The position numbers and the translations under genes are program-made. 64,000 bases of DNA from Vicinamibacteria bacterium. Lineage in GTDB: Bacteria; Acidobacteriota; Vicinamibacteria; Marinacidobacterales; Marinacidobacteraceae. Shown piece by piece: positions 30,299-40,897 of the stretch; positions within the stretch are counted from its first letter, which is position 1, and each line of letters starts with the position of its first letter. The DNA is taken from positions 608,001 through 672,000 of the forward strand of contig OY821641.1 of the NCBI GenBank assembly GCA_963555995.3. The letters are read 5' to 3'. Under the pieces are notes generated by a model. It was not told the DNA's origin. It saw only the letters and a program-made list of their open reading frames with translations, and did not search any database.

Positions 30299-30983
30299 TG
30301 GTGGTTCCTCCTCCGGCCGCCTGGGCGACGGCCGCCCGGATGCCGGCGTAGGTGCCGCAGCGGCAGAGGTTGCCGCCGAGCTCCCGGTGGACGGTGTCCT
30401 GGTCGGGATTCGGGTGACGGTTCAGGAGCGCCGCGCTCGCGACCACGAAGCCCGGCGTGCAGAAACCGCACTGCTGGGCGTCGTGGTCCACGAACGCCTG
30501 CTGGATGGGGTGCATGTCCGCCGGCGATCCGATGCCTTCCACGGTGGTGACCTCCGCGCCCTGCGCCTCGATCGCGAGCACCGAACAGGCATAGACCGGG
30601 TCGCCGTTCATCAGCACCGTGCAGGCGCCGCAGGTGCCGCGGTCGCAGACCTTCTTGGCGCCGGTCAGGTCGAGGTGGTTGCGGAGCGCGTCCAGCAGCG
30701 TGACCCTCGGTTCGAGGGTCGCGACGTACGCCTTGCCGTTGATCCTGAAGGCCATGTCCACCGCGCCCGGCCCGGCGACCCCCGGCTCTCCCTGAGCCGC
30801 GGCGTCGTCCAGCATGCCGGACAGCAACCCCGCGGAGGCGGCCCCGGCGGCGGCGCTTCCCCGCAGGAACTGGCGGCGGGAAAACGATCCTTTCGCCTTC
30901 GTCCCGGCGCTGGCGGTTCTCGGTTCGGGGCTCGCTTCGGGTTGCTCCTCGCGAGGCGTTTTCGGATACCTGGTCTGGGCCAT
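30291..30983 (-). CDS. 2Fe-2S subunit with Tat signal (PaoA/YagT-like)
   Basis: SRRQFLRG; [19 protein letters not shown] and NLCRCGTY. Confidence 0.9.
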   Translation of the reverse strand: MAQTRYPKTPREEQPEASPEPRTASAGTKAKGSFSRRQFLRGSAAAGAASAGLLSGMLDDAAAQGEPGVAGPGAVDMAFRINGKAYVATLEPRVTLLDALRNHLDLTGAKKVCDRGTCGACTVLMNGDPVYACSVLAIEAQGAEVTTVEGIGSPADMHPIQQAFVDHDAQQCGFCTPGFVVASAALLNRHPNPDQDTVHRELGGNLCRCGTYAGIRAAVAQAAGGGTTNG

Positions 30984-31062
30984 CGAAGTCCCTCCGGATC
31001 GAGTTTCCAAGTGGGCCACTATACCAGCGGTACCGCATCCCCCGGCGGTTACGATCCCGGGT

Positions 31063-31437
31063 ATGCAGCGTGTTTCCCCGCCGCCGGACCGGCGCCCGAA
31101 GGATCCGGCGCCGATCGGGGATCTGCTCGGCCTCGTGTTCTCGACCCGCGACCAGGGGGCCATGCTCGATCTCGGGTTCCTGAAGGCGCTCTGGGACCGG
31201 GCGGCGCCGCCGGAAATCGCGCGGCGGGCGGTTCCGGCGCGCGTCGAGAAGCGCGTCCTGACCGTCATCACCGCGGACCCGCTGATCCGCGCCGAGGCGC
31301 ACCGGCGCCGGACGGAGATCGCGCGGCGCCTGGTGCGCGCCGCCGGCCTCCCCGAGGCCCGGCTGCGGGTGCGGGTCGAGCTCGGGGTTCCGGCGCTGGC
31401 GGAGGACGCTTCCGGCCGGGGAAGGCGGGGGGAGTGA
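31063..31437 (+). CDS. DciA/DUF721-family protein
   Basis: P..IGDLL...LW....P.IA..A.P......L.V pattern; TACGAT upstream. Confidence 0.6.
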   Translation: MQRVSPPPDRRPKDPAPIGDLLGLVFSTRDQGAMLDLGFLKALWDRAAPPEIARRAVPARVEKRVLTVITADPLIRAEAHRRRTEIARRLVRAAGLPEARLRVRVELGVPALAEDASGRGRRGE

Positions 31438-32630
31438 CCGGGGCGAACGGGGGTCCGCCGGTCTGGATCTCCTCCGCGGTCCGCACCCCGATCGGGAAGC
31501 TGCTCGGGGGGCTCTCCCCGCTGCCCGCCCCGAAGCTCGGGGCGCTGGCGGTCCGCGCGGCGGTCGAGCGCGCCGCGGCCCCCCCGGACGCCGTGGACGA
31601 GGTCATCCTCGGGAACGTACTGACCGCCGGGCTCGGCCAGAACCCGGCCCGCCAGGCCGCGCTGGGCGCCGGGCTGCCCGCCGAAGTCGGCGCCCTCACC
31701 ATCAACAAGGTCTGCGGGTCGGGGCTGAAGGCGGTCATGCTCGCCCGCCAGGCGATCCTCGCCGGCGACGCCGACCTGGTGGTGGCGGGGGGTATGGAGT
31801 CCATGTCGAACGCCCCGCATCTCCTTCGGGGAATGCGGGCCGGGTCGAAGATGGGCGACGGCAGCCTCGTGGACTCGATGGTGCACGACGGACTCACCGA
31901 CGCCTTCGAGGACATCCACATGGGCGAGACCGCCGAGCGGGTGGCCGACCGCTACGGAGTGAGCCGCGCGGCGATGGACGAATACGCCGCCGAGAGCCAG
32001 CGGCGCGCCCACGCGGCGACCGAGGCCGGCCGCTTTGCCGCCGAGATCCTGCCGGTCGAGGTTCCGGCGCGGAAGGGCGCGGTGGTGGTCGAGCGCGACG
32101 AGAGCATCCGTCCCGACGCCACCCGGGAATTGCTCGCCCGCCTCAAGCCGGTGTTCCGCAAGGACGGCCGGGTGACCGCCGGGAACGCCCCGGGCGTGAA
32201 CGACGGGGCGGCGGCGCTGGTGATCGCCTCGGACGCGGCCGTGCGCCGGCACGGCCTGCCCCGGCTCGCGCGGATCACCGGCCAGGCGGTCTCCGGCCTC
32301 GAGCCCGAGTGGGTCATGATGACCCCGGTGCCCGCCGTCCGGAGACTGCTCGACCGCCTCGGCTGGAGCGTGGACGGGGTGGACCTCTTCGAGATCAACG
32401 AGGCCTTCGCCGCCCAGGCGGTGGCGGTGCGGGCCGAACTCGGGCTTCCCCCGGACCGGACGAACGTGAACGGGGGCGCCGTCGCGCTCGGCCACCCCAT
32501 CGGGGCGAGCGGCGCCCGCATCCTCACCACGCTGCTCTACCTGCTCCGGGAGCGGGGCCTCGACCGGGGCGTCGCGAGTCTCTGCCTCGGCGGCGGGAAC
32601 GGGGTCGCCCTGGGGGTGGAACGTGCCTGA
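31434..32630 (+). CDS. Acetyl-CoA acetyltransferase (thiolase)
   Basis: [22 protein letters not shown] and SLCLGGG motifs. Confidence 0.95.
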   Translation: MTGANGGPPVWISSAVRTPIGKLLGGLSPLPAPKLGALAVRAAVERAAAPPDAVDEVILGNVLTAGLGQNPARQAALGAGLPAEVGALTINKVCGSGLKAVMLARQAILAGDADLVVAGGMESMSNAPHLLRGMRAGSKMGDGSLVDSMVHDGLTDAFEDIHMGETAERVADRYGVSRAAMDEYAAESQRRAHAATEAGRFAAEILPVEVPARKGAVVVERDESIRPDATRELLARLKPVFRKDGRVTAGNAPGVNDGAAALVIASDAAVRRHGLPRLARITGQAVSGLEPEWVMMTPVPAVRRLLDRLGWSVDGVDLFEINEAFAAQAVAVRAELGLPPDRTNVNGGAVALGHPIGASGARILTTLLYLLRERGLDRGVASLCLGGGNGVALGVERA

Positions 32631-33498
32631 TCCGAAAGCGCCCGCGCGGGTCCTGGTGGTGGGCGCCGGAACCATGGGGAACGGCATCGCCCAGGTGTTC
32701 GCCGTCTCCGGCGTGGAGGTGCACCTCGTGGACGTCCGGGAGGAGTTCACCGCGCGCGGCATGGCGACCATCGAGAAGAACCTCGGGCGCCAGGTGAAGC
32801 GGGGGACCCTGACCGGGGCGGAAGCGAAGCGCGCCTACGCGCGCATCCGGCCGGGTACGGAGCTGGCGCCCGCCGCCGATGCGGAGTTCGTGGTCGAGGC
32901 CATCGTCGAGAACGAGGCGAAGAAACGCGCGCTCTACGCCGCGCTCGAACCGCTGCTGCCGCCCGGAACGATCCTCGCGTCGAACACCTCCTCGATCTCG
33001 ATCACCCGGCTCGGCGCCGCCTCGGGCCGCGCCGACCGTTTCATCGGCATGCACTTCATGAACCCGGTGCCGGTCATGGAGCTGGTGGAGGTGATCCGGG
33101 GGCTCGAGACCTCGGACGCGACGTTCGCGGCCACCATGGACCTGTCGCGGCGGCTCGGGAAGACGCCCTGCGCGGTCAACGACGCGCCGGGGTTCGTCTC
33201 CAACCGGGTCCTCATGCCGCTCATCAACGAGGCCGCCTTCGCGCTCATGGAGGGCGTGGGCAGCGCCGCGGACATAGACCGGATCATGAAGCTCGGCATG
33301 CGGCACCCCATGGGCCCGCTGGCGCTCGCCGACCTCATCGGCCTCGACGTGGTCCTCGACATCCTGCGGGTGCTCCAGGAGGGGTTCGGAGACCCCCGCT
33401 ACCGTCCGTGCCCGCTGCTCGTGAAGCTGGTGGACGGCGGCCGGCTCGGCCGCAAGACGGGCCGCGGCTTCCACGACTACCGCGATGCGGCCGGCTGA
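32623..33498 (+). CDS. hbd: 3-hydroxybutyryl-CoA dehydrogenase
   Basis: [25 protein letters not shown] and HPMGPL motifs. Confidence 0.9.
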   Translation: MPDPKAPARVLVVGAGTMGNGIAQVFAVSGVEVHLVDVREEFTARGMATIEKNLGRQVKRGTLTGAEAKRAYARIRPGTELAPAADAEFVVEAIVENEAKKRALYAALEPLLPPGTILASNTSSISITRLGAASGRADRFIGMHFMNPVPVMELVEVIRGLETSDATFAATMDLSRRLGKTPCAVNDAPGFVSNRVLMPLINEAAFALMEGVGSAADIDRIMKLGMRHPMGPLALADLIGLDVVLDILRVLQEGFGDPRYRPCPLLVKLVDGGRLGRKTGRGFHDYRDAAG

Positions 33499-33648
33499 CA
33501 GACGGCTTAAAGAGATTCTTGAGGTCCCGACCGGCAGGGGTGGGACAGAATTTGGCTCAACTACGTCTTAGCCTGTAGAGAAATCGAAGCCGCGCCGCCG
33601 GCCCCGGGGCAGGGGCGCCCATTCCCCACGAGGAGACTCCCGCCAGCC

Positions 33649-34710
33649 ATGTCCAAAGACGCCAGGAACTCGAAGAATTCGAGGAGCGCCGACCAGCGGT
33701 CCCGCGCCCTCGACATCGCCCTCGGGCAGATCGAGAAACAGCACGGCCGGGGGGCCATCATGCGCCTCGGTTCGTCCGCCATGGACGTGTCCGCCATCCC
33801 GACCGGCGTGATCTCGGTGGACGCCGCGCTCGGGGTGGGCGGTTTCCCCCGCGGCCGGGTCGTCGAGGTGTTCGGCCCGGAGTCCTCCGGGAAGACCACC
33901 CTCGCGCTCACGGTGGTGGCCTCGGCCCAGGCGCTCGGCGGGGTCGCCGCGTTCGTGGACGCCGAGCACGCCGTCGACCCGGAGTACTGCCGGGCGCTCG
34001 GGGTGAACACCGACGAACTGCTGGTGTCCCAGCCCGACGACGGCGAGCAGGCGCTCGAGATCACCGAGACGCTGGTGCGGAGCGGCTCGGTGGACGTGGT
34101 GGTGGTGGACTCGGTGGCGGCGCTCGTGCCGCGCGCCGAGCTCGACGGCGAGATGGGCGACGCGCAGGTGGGCCTCCAGGCGCGGCTCATGTCGAAGGCG
34201 CTCCGCAAGCTCACCGGGATCGTCTCCAAGTCATCCACCTGCCTGGTGTTCATCAACCAGCTCCGGGAGAAGATCGGGATCATGTTCGGCAACCCGGAGA
34301 CGACGACGGGCGGGCGCGCGCTCAAGTTCTATTCGTCGGTGCGGGTGGACATCCGGCGGATCGGCGCGCTCAAGGAAGGCGACGCGGTGATCGGGAACCG
34401 GACCCGGATCAAGGTGGTCAAGAACAAGGTGGCCCCTCCCTTCCGGCAGGCCGAGTTCGACGTCCGCTACGGCGAGGGGATCTCCCGGGCGGGAGACCTC
34501 ATTGACCTCGCGGTGCGCGAGCGGATCATCGAGAAGAGCGGCGCCTGGTACTCCTACCAGGGCGAACAGATCGGACAGGGGCGGGAACGGACCCGCCGGA
34601 CGCTCCTTGAGGACGAGCCGCTGATGGCCGAGGTGGAAGCCCGCGTCCGCAAGGCGCTCGGCCTCGGCGGCGAGGACGACGGCGAGGAGGCGGAGCCGCA
34701 GGAAGCCTGA
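33649..34710 (+). CDS. recA: Recombinase RecA
   Basis: [23 protein letters not shown] and GGRALKFY motifs. Confidence 0.98.
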   Translation: MSKDARNSKNSRSADQRSRALDIALGQIEKQHGRGAIMRLGSSAMDVSAIPTGVISVDAALGVGGFPRGRVVEVFGPESSGKTTLALTVVASAQALGGVAAFVDAEHAVDPEYCRALGVNTDELLVSQPDDGEQALEITETLVRSGSVDVVVVDSVAALVPRAELDGEMGDAQVGLQARLMSKALRKLTGIVSKSSTCLVFINQLREKIGIMFGNPETTTGGRALKFYSSVRVDIRRIGALKEGDAVIGNRTRIKVVKNKVAPPFRQAEFDVRYGEGISRAGDLIDLAVRERIIEKSGAWYSYQGEQIGQGRERTRRTLLEDEPLMAEVEARVRKALGLGGEDDGEEAEPQEA

Positions 34711-34756
34711 GCCTGTGCCAAACTACCGCGCCCGCGTGAGATGGCGGGCGCCCGTA

Positions 34757-34829
<73 letters not shown>

Positions 34830-34840
34830 CCCAGGCCGGA

Positions 34841-35087
34841 GCGGTCCGGGGACGGGGGCAAGGGGCCGAGCAGCTCAGGAACGCGAGTTCGGGCAGCCGT
34901 TTGCCCCCGTCCCCGAACCGCCCGACGCTGCGCGTCGGCAACCGCAACTCCCTCGCGCGCTGGCGCGCGCTTCGGCGAGTTCCGGTTGGCAGTAGTCGTT
35001 TTGTGAAAGGGGGAGTGCCCCCTTTCACACATTCCCCCCCAATCAGGCCGGCGCCGAACCAAGGGTTCGCCGCCACTTTCTTTTTTT
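34841..35087. ncRNA. Candidate structured element behind tRNA-Phe (copy 1)
   Basis: Five stem domains, conserved in order with 63105-63342. Confidence 0.5.
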
Positions 35088-35100
35088 CGGCGGCGCGTAC

Positions 35101-35743
35101 GGCTTGGAGCGCCGGCTTCAGCCGGCACCACGGGCCGAAGGCCCGCACTCGGTTCAGCCCTCAACAGGAAGGATGACGCCACGGCTTGGAGCGCCGGCTT
35201 CAGCCGGCACGCGCGCCGCAGGCCCGCAACGGCTCAGCCGCCAACAGGAAGAATGGCGCGGCGGCTTGGAGCGCCGGCTTCAGCCGGCACGCGGGCCAAA
35301 GGCCCGCAATCGGCTCAGCCTCCAACCGGAAGAATGGCGCGGCGGCTTGGAGCGCCGGCTTCAGCCGGCACGCGGGCCAAAGGCCCGCAATCGGCTCAGC
35401 CTCCAACCGGAAGAACGGCGCGGCGGCCTGGAGCGCCGGCTTCAGCCGGCACCACGGGCCGAAGGCCCGCACTCGGTTCAGCCGCCAACAGGAAGAATGG
35501 CGCGCTGGCTTGGAGCGCCGGCTTCAGCCGGCACGCGGGCCGCAGGCCCGCAGAGCGCGTCGGGCTGTTCTGCCGCATGGCGGAGTTTGGAGCGCCGGCC
35601 TCTGGCCGGCATCGCGCGGAAGCGCGAAACCCGCGTTGATGGCGCTGCACTACGGAACGGGAGAGCCGCGGTCTGCGCGTTGGGGGGAGCGCGGTTTCGC
35701 CTCGCTGCGCTCGGCGATGCCGGCCAGAGGCCGGCGCTCCAAG
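35101..35743 (+). repeat. Tandem REP array (6 units of 80-82 bp) followed by a variant inverted doublet
   Basis: ggc(t/c)tggagcgccggcttcagccggcac at 35101, 35183, 35263, 35344, 35425 and 35507; spacers are mutually similar. Confidence 0.9.
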
Positions 35744-35795
35744 CTGGCGTGTCTTCCGGGCATGGAGCCCTCCGCGCCTGGCGGCCTGGCGTTCC

Positions 35796-37640
35796 TTACC
35801 GCTCGTTCTGGGTGGCCGTGGTCCGGACCGCCTGGCCGAGCATCTCCGCGTAGCGGTGCACGCCGTCGGCGATGGCGGACGCGAGCTTCTTCCGGTGGGA
35901 GGCGCTGCGGAGCTGCCGCGCTTCCTCGCGGTTGCTGACGAAACCCACCTCGACGAGCACGGCGGGCATCTGGGCGCCGAGCAGCACGTGGAAGCCCGCC
36001 GTCTTCACGCCGCGGTTCAGCGGATGGTCTTCCCGGCCGAGAATGCTCCTCGTCATCGCCGCCTGCATGGTCGTCGCGAGTTCGCGGGACTCCTCCTTTC
36101 GGCTGTGATTGACGATCTGGTCCACCAGCTTGCGGACGTCGGCCATCCGCACCATGCCGGTGGAGGCGTTCTCCCGGGCGGCGACCTCCGCCGCGTCGGC
36201 GGACGTGGCCAGATTCAGGTAGAAGGTCTCGAGGCCCCGCGCCCTCCGGTTCCGGGCGGCGTTCACGTGGATGGACACGAAGAGATCCGCATCGCGGCTG
36301 TTGGCGATGAACGCCCGCTGCTCGAGGGGGATGAACACGTCCTTGTCGCGCGTCATGATCACCTCGAACCCGCGCTCGGTGAGGTCGTCGCGCACCCGCT
36401 TCGCGATGTCGAGCGCGATGTCCTTCTCCCGCAGGCTGCCGGCATGGGTGCCCGGGTCCTTGCCGCCGTGTCCCGCATCAATGACGATGCGGTTCACCCC
36501 GGCCCCGAGCTGGCGCGCCAGCGAGTAGCCCCCTTCGGTCGGGCGTGGCAGCGAAAGCGAGACCTCGTCCCCGGCCTCCGGAGCCTCGGGCGCGGCCCTC
36601 CGCGTCGTCCCGGCCGGGGAATCGTCCGCCTCCGGCGCCGTCTCGTCCCCGGAACCGTCCGCGACCGCCACCGGGGGCGCCCCGTGGATGTCCACCACCA
36701 GCCGGTAGGGATCGGGAAGGGCGAACACCGAGACCTCCCGGATGCTCGAGAAGTCGAGCACCACCCGCGTGATCTGCTCTTCCGGGACGCCGAGCCGGAT
36801 GCGCCGGAGGTGCGAGCCCTCGATCGGGAACGCCCGGCGTTCGAGTTCGTCGTCCGGCGTCGCCCCGTGGAGATCGAAGAACACGCGGTCCGGGCCGGTG
36901 AGCCGGCCCTCGGTGTGCGGCGTCGGGCCGCTCAGGTCAATCACCACCCGCGTGTGCGAATCCCCGACCCAGTGGCGGATGTTCCGCACCGTCGTCGGCG
37001 GATCGGCGGGCTGCACCTCCTGCGCCACGGCGACGGTTCGTCTCGTCCCCTCCCGCGGCCGTTCCGCCGCGCCGGCGGGCGCCCGCGCCGGGCGGGCCTC
37101 CGGCTTCGCCAGCACGGCGGCCGCCATCCGGGTCTCGGCGGCGCGCGGCGCGCGCTCCCGGAGCCGTGCGAGGGCGCGCCGTGCCTCCGCCTCGTCGTCG
37201 AGGCGGCCGGCGTGGAGCCGGACCTGTTCGTAGAGCGCCTTCGGGACCCAGCGGCTCGCCGGATACCCGCGGATCAGGAGCGCGAAGGCGTCGGCGGCCC
37301 GCACCGCGAGACGCCGGTCGTCGAAACGCTCGGCGGCGTCGCGGTAGACCCCTCCCTCGTAGTGGAGCGCGTCGTCGCAGTAGCCGCTCCTCGGGAAGGA
37401 GAGGACCACCGACCGGTACTTCCGCGCGACAGCTTCCCACCGGTCCGGGTCGCGCATCGCCGCCTGCGAACCGCGGAGCGTGGCTTCGGCCTGCTGCGCC
37501 GCCTCGTAGAGCTCTTTCGCGGTGGAGCCGGGAGCGCCCGCTTCCGGGGCGGCGGAGCCCGGGCCCGCGAGCGCCAGCCCGGCGCTCATCAGCACGGCAA
37601 GCCCCGCCGCGACCCATCGGGCGGGGCTGGTCACCGTCAT
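35796..37640 (-). CDS. N-acetylmuramoyl-L-alanine amidase (TPR-like, AMIN and Amidase_3 domains)
   Basis: IDAGHGGKDPG, FVSIHVNA and VLVEVGF motifs; AMIN-type TRVVIDL segments. Confidence 0.92.
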   Translation of the reverse strand: MTVTSPARWVAAGLAVLMSAGLALAGPGSAAPEAGAPGSTAKELYEAAQQAEATLRGSQAAMRDPDRWEAVARKYRSVVLSFPRSGYCDDALHYEGGVYRDAAERFDDRRLAVRAADAFALLIRGYPASRWVPKALYEQVRLHAGRLDDEAEARRALARLRERAPRAAETRMAAAVLAKPEARPARAPAGAAERPREGTRRTVAVAQEVQPADPPTTVRNIRHWVGDSHTRVVIDLSGPTPHTEGRLTGPDRVFFDLHGATPDDELERRAFPIEGSHLRRIRLGVPEEQITRVVLDFSSIREVSVFALPDPYRLVVDIHGAPPVAVADGSGDETAPEADDSPAGTTRRAAPEAPEAGDEVSLSLPRPTEGGYSLARQLGAGVNRIVIDAGHGGKDPGTHAGSLREKDIALDIAKRVRDDLTERGFEVIMTRDKDVFIPLEQRAFIANSRDADLFVSIHVNAARNRRARGLETFYLNLATSADAAEVAARENASTGMVRMADVRKLVDQIVNHSRKEESRELATTMQAAMTRSILGREDHPLNRGVKTAGFHVLLGAQMPAVLVEVGFVSNREEARQLRSASHRKKLASAIADGVHRYAEMLGQAVRTTATQNER

Positions 37641-37650
37641 CACCGCAAGC

Positions 37651-39954
37651 TCAGGCGGGGGGCGTGACCAGGACGTCGCGCGGCTGCGCGCCCCGCGCCG
37701 GTCCCACGACTCCCTGGCGCTCGAGCTCGGCGACGATGCGCCGCGCCCGCTGGTAGCCGAGGCCCATTTCGGTCTGGAGCATCGAGGTGGAGGCCTTCTG
37801 TTCCCGGATGATGAGTTCGCGGGCCTGGGGCAGGAGCGAGTCCTCGCCCTTCGGAGCGCGGGCGGCACCGTTCGCCTTCGGAGCCGCGCCGTTCCCGGGC
37901 CCGACGAAGGGAAGCGGCTGCTCCTCCTCCAGCATCCCGGTATCGAAGACCGGTTCCGCCGCGCTCTCCCAGAACCGGGCGAGCTTGCCCACCTCCCGCT
38001 CGTCCACGAAGGCGCCCTGCGCCCGCGGCAGGTCGGCGCCCGGCCGCATCATCAGCATGTCCCCCTTGCCGAGCAGCATCTCGGCGCCCACCCGGTCCAG
38101 GATGGTCCGCGAGTCCACGTAGCTGGCCACCCGGAAGGCGATCCGGGTGGGCAGGTTCGCCTTGAGCGTGCCGCTGATGATGTCGGTGGAGGGCCGCTGG
38201 GTGGCCAGCACGAGGTGGATGCCCTCGGCGCGGCCGAGGCTGAGCAGCCGCTGGATCGCCGGCGTCACCTCCGCCTTGGCGTGGATGAAGAGGTCGGCGA
38301 GCTCGTCCACCACGATCACCAGCCGGGGCAGGGGCGACGGGATCTCGGGTTCCGGCTCGTTCTTCCGGCGGCGTTTCTTCGCCGCCTGCGCGGCCATCTT
38401 CTCGACCAGCCGGTTGAATCCGTCAATGTTCCGCACCCCGTGCTCCTCGAGGATCCGGGTGCGGCGGTCCAATTCGCGGCAGGCGTGCTGCAGCACCGTC
38501 TTGGCCTGGTCGGGTTCGAGGATGAGCGGGGTCAGCAGGTGCGGGATGTTCCGGTAGGGCCGGAGTTCCACCCGTTTCGGATCAATCAGGATCAGGCGCA
38601 GCTCGTCCGGGGTGCGCCGCGTCAGCAGGGAACAGAGCAGGGTGTTGATCTGCACCGACTTGCCCGCGCCGGTGGCCCCGGCGATGAGCAGGTGGGGCAT
38701 CTCGGCGAGGTCCTTGACCAGCGGCCGTCCGTCCACCAGCCGGCCGATCGCGGTCGGCAGCGCGCCGCTCTCGTCCTGGAAGTCGGGCGACTCGAGGATT
38801 TCCCGGAGGCCGACGACCGAGGGAGATTCGTTCGGAACCTCGATCCCCACCACGCCCCGGCCCTTCACCCGCTCGACCCGGATCGCGGGGGCGCGCAGCG
38901 CCATGCAGATCTCTTCGTGGCGGTTCCGGATCTTCTTGAGGGTCTCCCCTTCGCCCAGCCGGAACTCGAACGTGGTGACCACCGGCCCCGGCTGGATGCG
39001 GTCCACCTCGCCCCGCACCCCGTGTTCGAGGCAGGCGGCTTCGAGGGCCTTGCGGCGCTCCTCGAGCGCCCGCTTCGCGGGGGCCGGCTGGTGGGCGCGG
39101 CGCGTCAGGAGCTGGAGCGAGGGCAGCTTCCAGGCGCCGGGCGCCGGCCGGGCGCCCGGGGTGGCCGGCTTCCGTAGCAGGTCGGGGCGGGAGGGCGGCC
39201 GGGCCACCGGAACGGGTTCCGTGGCGGGGTCCGTCTCCGGGCCCGGATTCCGGCGCTTCTTCCTCGGGATGCGCACCACGAACGACCGCTCGGCTCCCGG
39301 CTCGATCTCCGGTTGCAGCGCCTCCGCATCCTCGGCGGAACGCCCGGTGGGACGCAGCCGGAGGAAGAGCCGCTTGATCCAGCCGGGCCGATGGCTGGCG
39401 TCGTGTTCCTGGAGCACGGGTCCGCCGAAGCCCCACTCCCGGAGCGCGGCGTAGCCCATGAGTCCGATCGCTCCCAGCACCACGCCCGCGCCAAGCGGGT
39501 TCATGGCGCCCGAGAGCGCGGTCGCCAGCAGCGAGCCCCCGACGCCCCCCCAGGCGAAGCCGCCGCCGGTTCCGCCGCCGAAGACCTGCTGCGCGAGCGA
39601 GGCGAGGCCGGTGGCGCTGACCGCGAGGCTCGCGAGGATCAGCAGCCGGACCGCGGTCGAGTCGTCCCCTTCCGGGGGCACGGGCCGGAGGCGCCGCCGC
39701 GCCGCCTGGAACAGCACCAGCGGGATCGCGAAACCGATCACCCCGACGAGTTGCAGGATGACCTCGGCGAGCAGCGCCCCGGTCGGCCCCAGCCAGTTCG
39801 TCACGGTCTCGCCCGCGCCCGCCTTGAGGAGCAGCACCGGGTCCGAGTGCGAGTAGGAGACGAGCGACAGCAGGATCAGGGCGGCGAGGGCGAGCAGGGC
39901 GATGCCGAGGACCTTCCGGCGGCCGAACGCCGTCCTAAGCGCTTGAAAGGCCAA
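37651..39954 (-). CDS. ftsK: DNA translocase FtsK
   Basis: N-terminal TM domain; HLLIAGATGAGKS, DELADL, LATQRPS, LLGKGDML; gamma domain LGYQRAR. Confidence 0.95.
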   Translation of the reverse strand: MAFQALRTAFGRRKVLGIALLALAALILLSLVSYSHSDPVLLLKAGAGETVTNWLGPTGALLAEVILQLVGVIGFAIPLVLFQAARRRLRPVPPEGDDSTAVRLLILASLAVSATGLASLAQQVFGGGTGGGFAWGGVGGSLLATALSGAMNPLGAGVVLGAIGLMGYAALREWGFGGPVLQEHDASHRPGWIKRLFLRLRPTGRSAEDAEALQPEIEPGAERSFVVRIPRKKRRNPGPETDPATEPVPVARPPSRPDLLRKPATPGARPAPGAWKLPSLQLLTRRAHQPAPAKRALEERRKALEAACLEHGVRGEVDRIQPGPVVTTFEFRLGEGETLKKIRNRHEEICMALRAPAIRVERVKGRGVVGIEVPNESPSVVGLREILESPDFQDESGALPTAIGRLVDGRPLVKDLAEMPHLLIAGATGAGKSVQINTLLCSLLTRRTPDELRLILIDPKRVELRPYRNIPHLLTPLILEPDQAKTVLQHACRELDRRTRILEEHGVRNIDGFNRLVEKMAAQAAKKRRRKNEPEPEIPSPLPRLVIVVDELADLFIHAKAEVTPAIQRLLSLGRAEGIHLVLATQRPSTDIISGTLKANLPTRIAFRVASYVDSRTILDRVGAEMLLGKGDMLMMRPGADLPRAQGAFVDEREVGKLARFWESAAEPVFDTGMLEEEQPLPFVGPGNGAAPKANGAARAPKGEDSLLPQARELIIREQKASTSMLQTEMGLGYQRARRIVAELERQGVVGPARGAQPRDVLVTPPA

Positions 39955-40801
39955 TGCCGATCCCTCCGGCCGCGAGGCAGTACCAGCCGAACCGGTGGAA
40001 CCGCTCCCGGGCCAGCCAGTCGAAAACCCAGCGCAGTGCGAACGTTCCGGCCACGAACGCGGTGAGGAACCCCACCGTCAGCTCCAGCGCGACGATCCCC
40101 CCGGCCTCCGCGAGCGCCCCGCTGCCGACGGCGGACGCGCCCTCGAGCAGCGCGGCCCCGGCGATCGCGGGCGCGGACAGCAGGAAACTGAAGCGGGCGG
40201 CGTCGGCGGGCGCGACGCCGCGCTGACGGCCCGCGACGATCGTGAGACCGGACCGCGACACCCCGGGAAAGATGGCCGCCGCCTGCGCGATGCCGATCCA
40301 GAGTGCGTCGGCGAGACCGCGGGGGAGCAGCGGGACCGCCCGGGGCCGGATGGCGGCTCCGCCGGTCTCCGCGGGAGGCCGCCGGAAAGCGAGGAGGACC
40401 GCGCCGGTCAGCACGAGGCCCCCGGCGGCGAAGCCGATGCCGCGGAACGCGTGGTGGATCTGGTCCTGGAACGCGACCCCGACCACGGCTGCCGGAACCG
40501 ATGCGAGGAGCAGCAGGCCCGCGAGCCGGCGGCCGGCCCGCACCGCGTCCCGGCCCTCGGGGGTGGTCCCGCCGATTCCCGCCAGCGCGCGCAGGAGGCC
40601 GAAGACCTCGCGGCGGAGGTAGATCAGCGCGGCGGCGAGCGTTCCCAGATGAACCACGATCTCGAAGAGGACCCCCGGACTTCGGAGTGCTTCATCCGGC
40701 AGGAACTCCCGTCCGAGCACGAGATGCCCCGAACTGGACACCGGCAGGAATTCGGTGAGACCCTGCACGATTCCGAGGAGCAGCGAAGCGCCGATGTTCA
40801 T
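39935..40801 (-). CDS. uppP: Undecaprenyl-diphosphate phosphatase
   Basis: QGLTEFLPVSSSGHL, PGVSRSG and ARFSFLLS motifs. Confidence 0.95.
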   Translation of the reverse strand: MNIGASLLLGIVQGLTEFLPVSSSGHLVLGREFLPDEALRSPGVLFEIVVHLGTLAAALIYLRREVFGLLRALAGIGGTTPEGRDAVRAGRRLAGLLLLASVPAAVVGVAFQDQIHHAFRGIGFAAGGLVLTGAVLLAFRRPPAETGGAAIRPRAVPLLPRGLADALWIGIAQAAAIFPGVSRSGLTIVAGRQRGVAPADAARFSFLLSAPAIAGAALLEGASAVGSGALAEAGGIVALELTVGFLTAFVAGTFALRWVFDWLARERFHRFGWYCLAAGGIGIGLSSA

Positions 40802-40897
40802 CGGGTTTACCCAAGTACAAGGATAGGTTACGCTATCAGACCTAAAGCACTGCCGCAAGGGGATGGGGGGTCCACGCACGCGCAGGCTGGCCAAGCC

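Noticed and set aside
30219-32771. Apparent long fusions (803-aa thiolase, 826-aa 2Fe-2S; likewise ORFs at 1491, 13345, 49955 and 60995)
   Set aside because: Stop-poor GC-rich upstream extensions overlap real genes; the true starts are internal.
35101-35550. CRISPR array
   Set aside because: The spacers are near-copies of each other, the repeat is the dispersed REP, and there are no cas genes or leader.
35104-35938. Repeat proteins beginning MERRLQPA or containing WSAGFSRH (also at 11480, 15879, 52712, ~41 kb and 57274)
   Set aside because: These are translations of non-coding REP arrays; they appear in several frames and on both strands.
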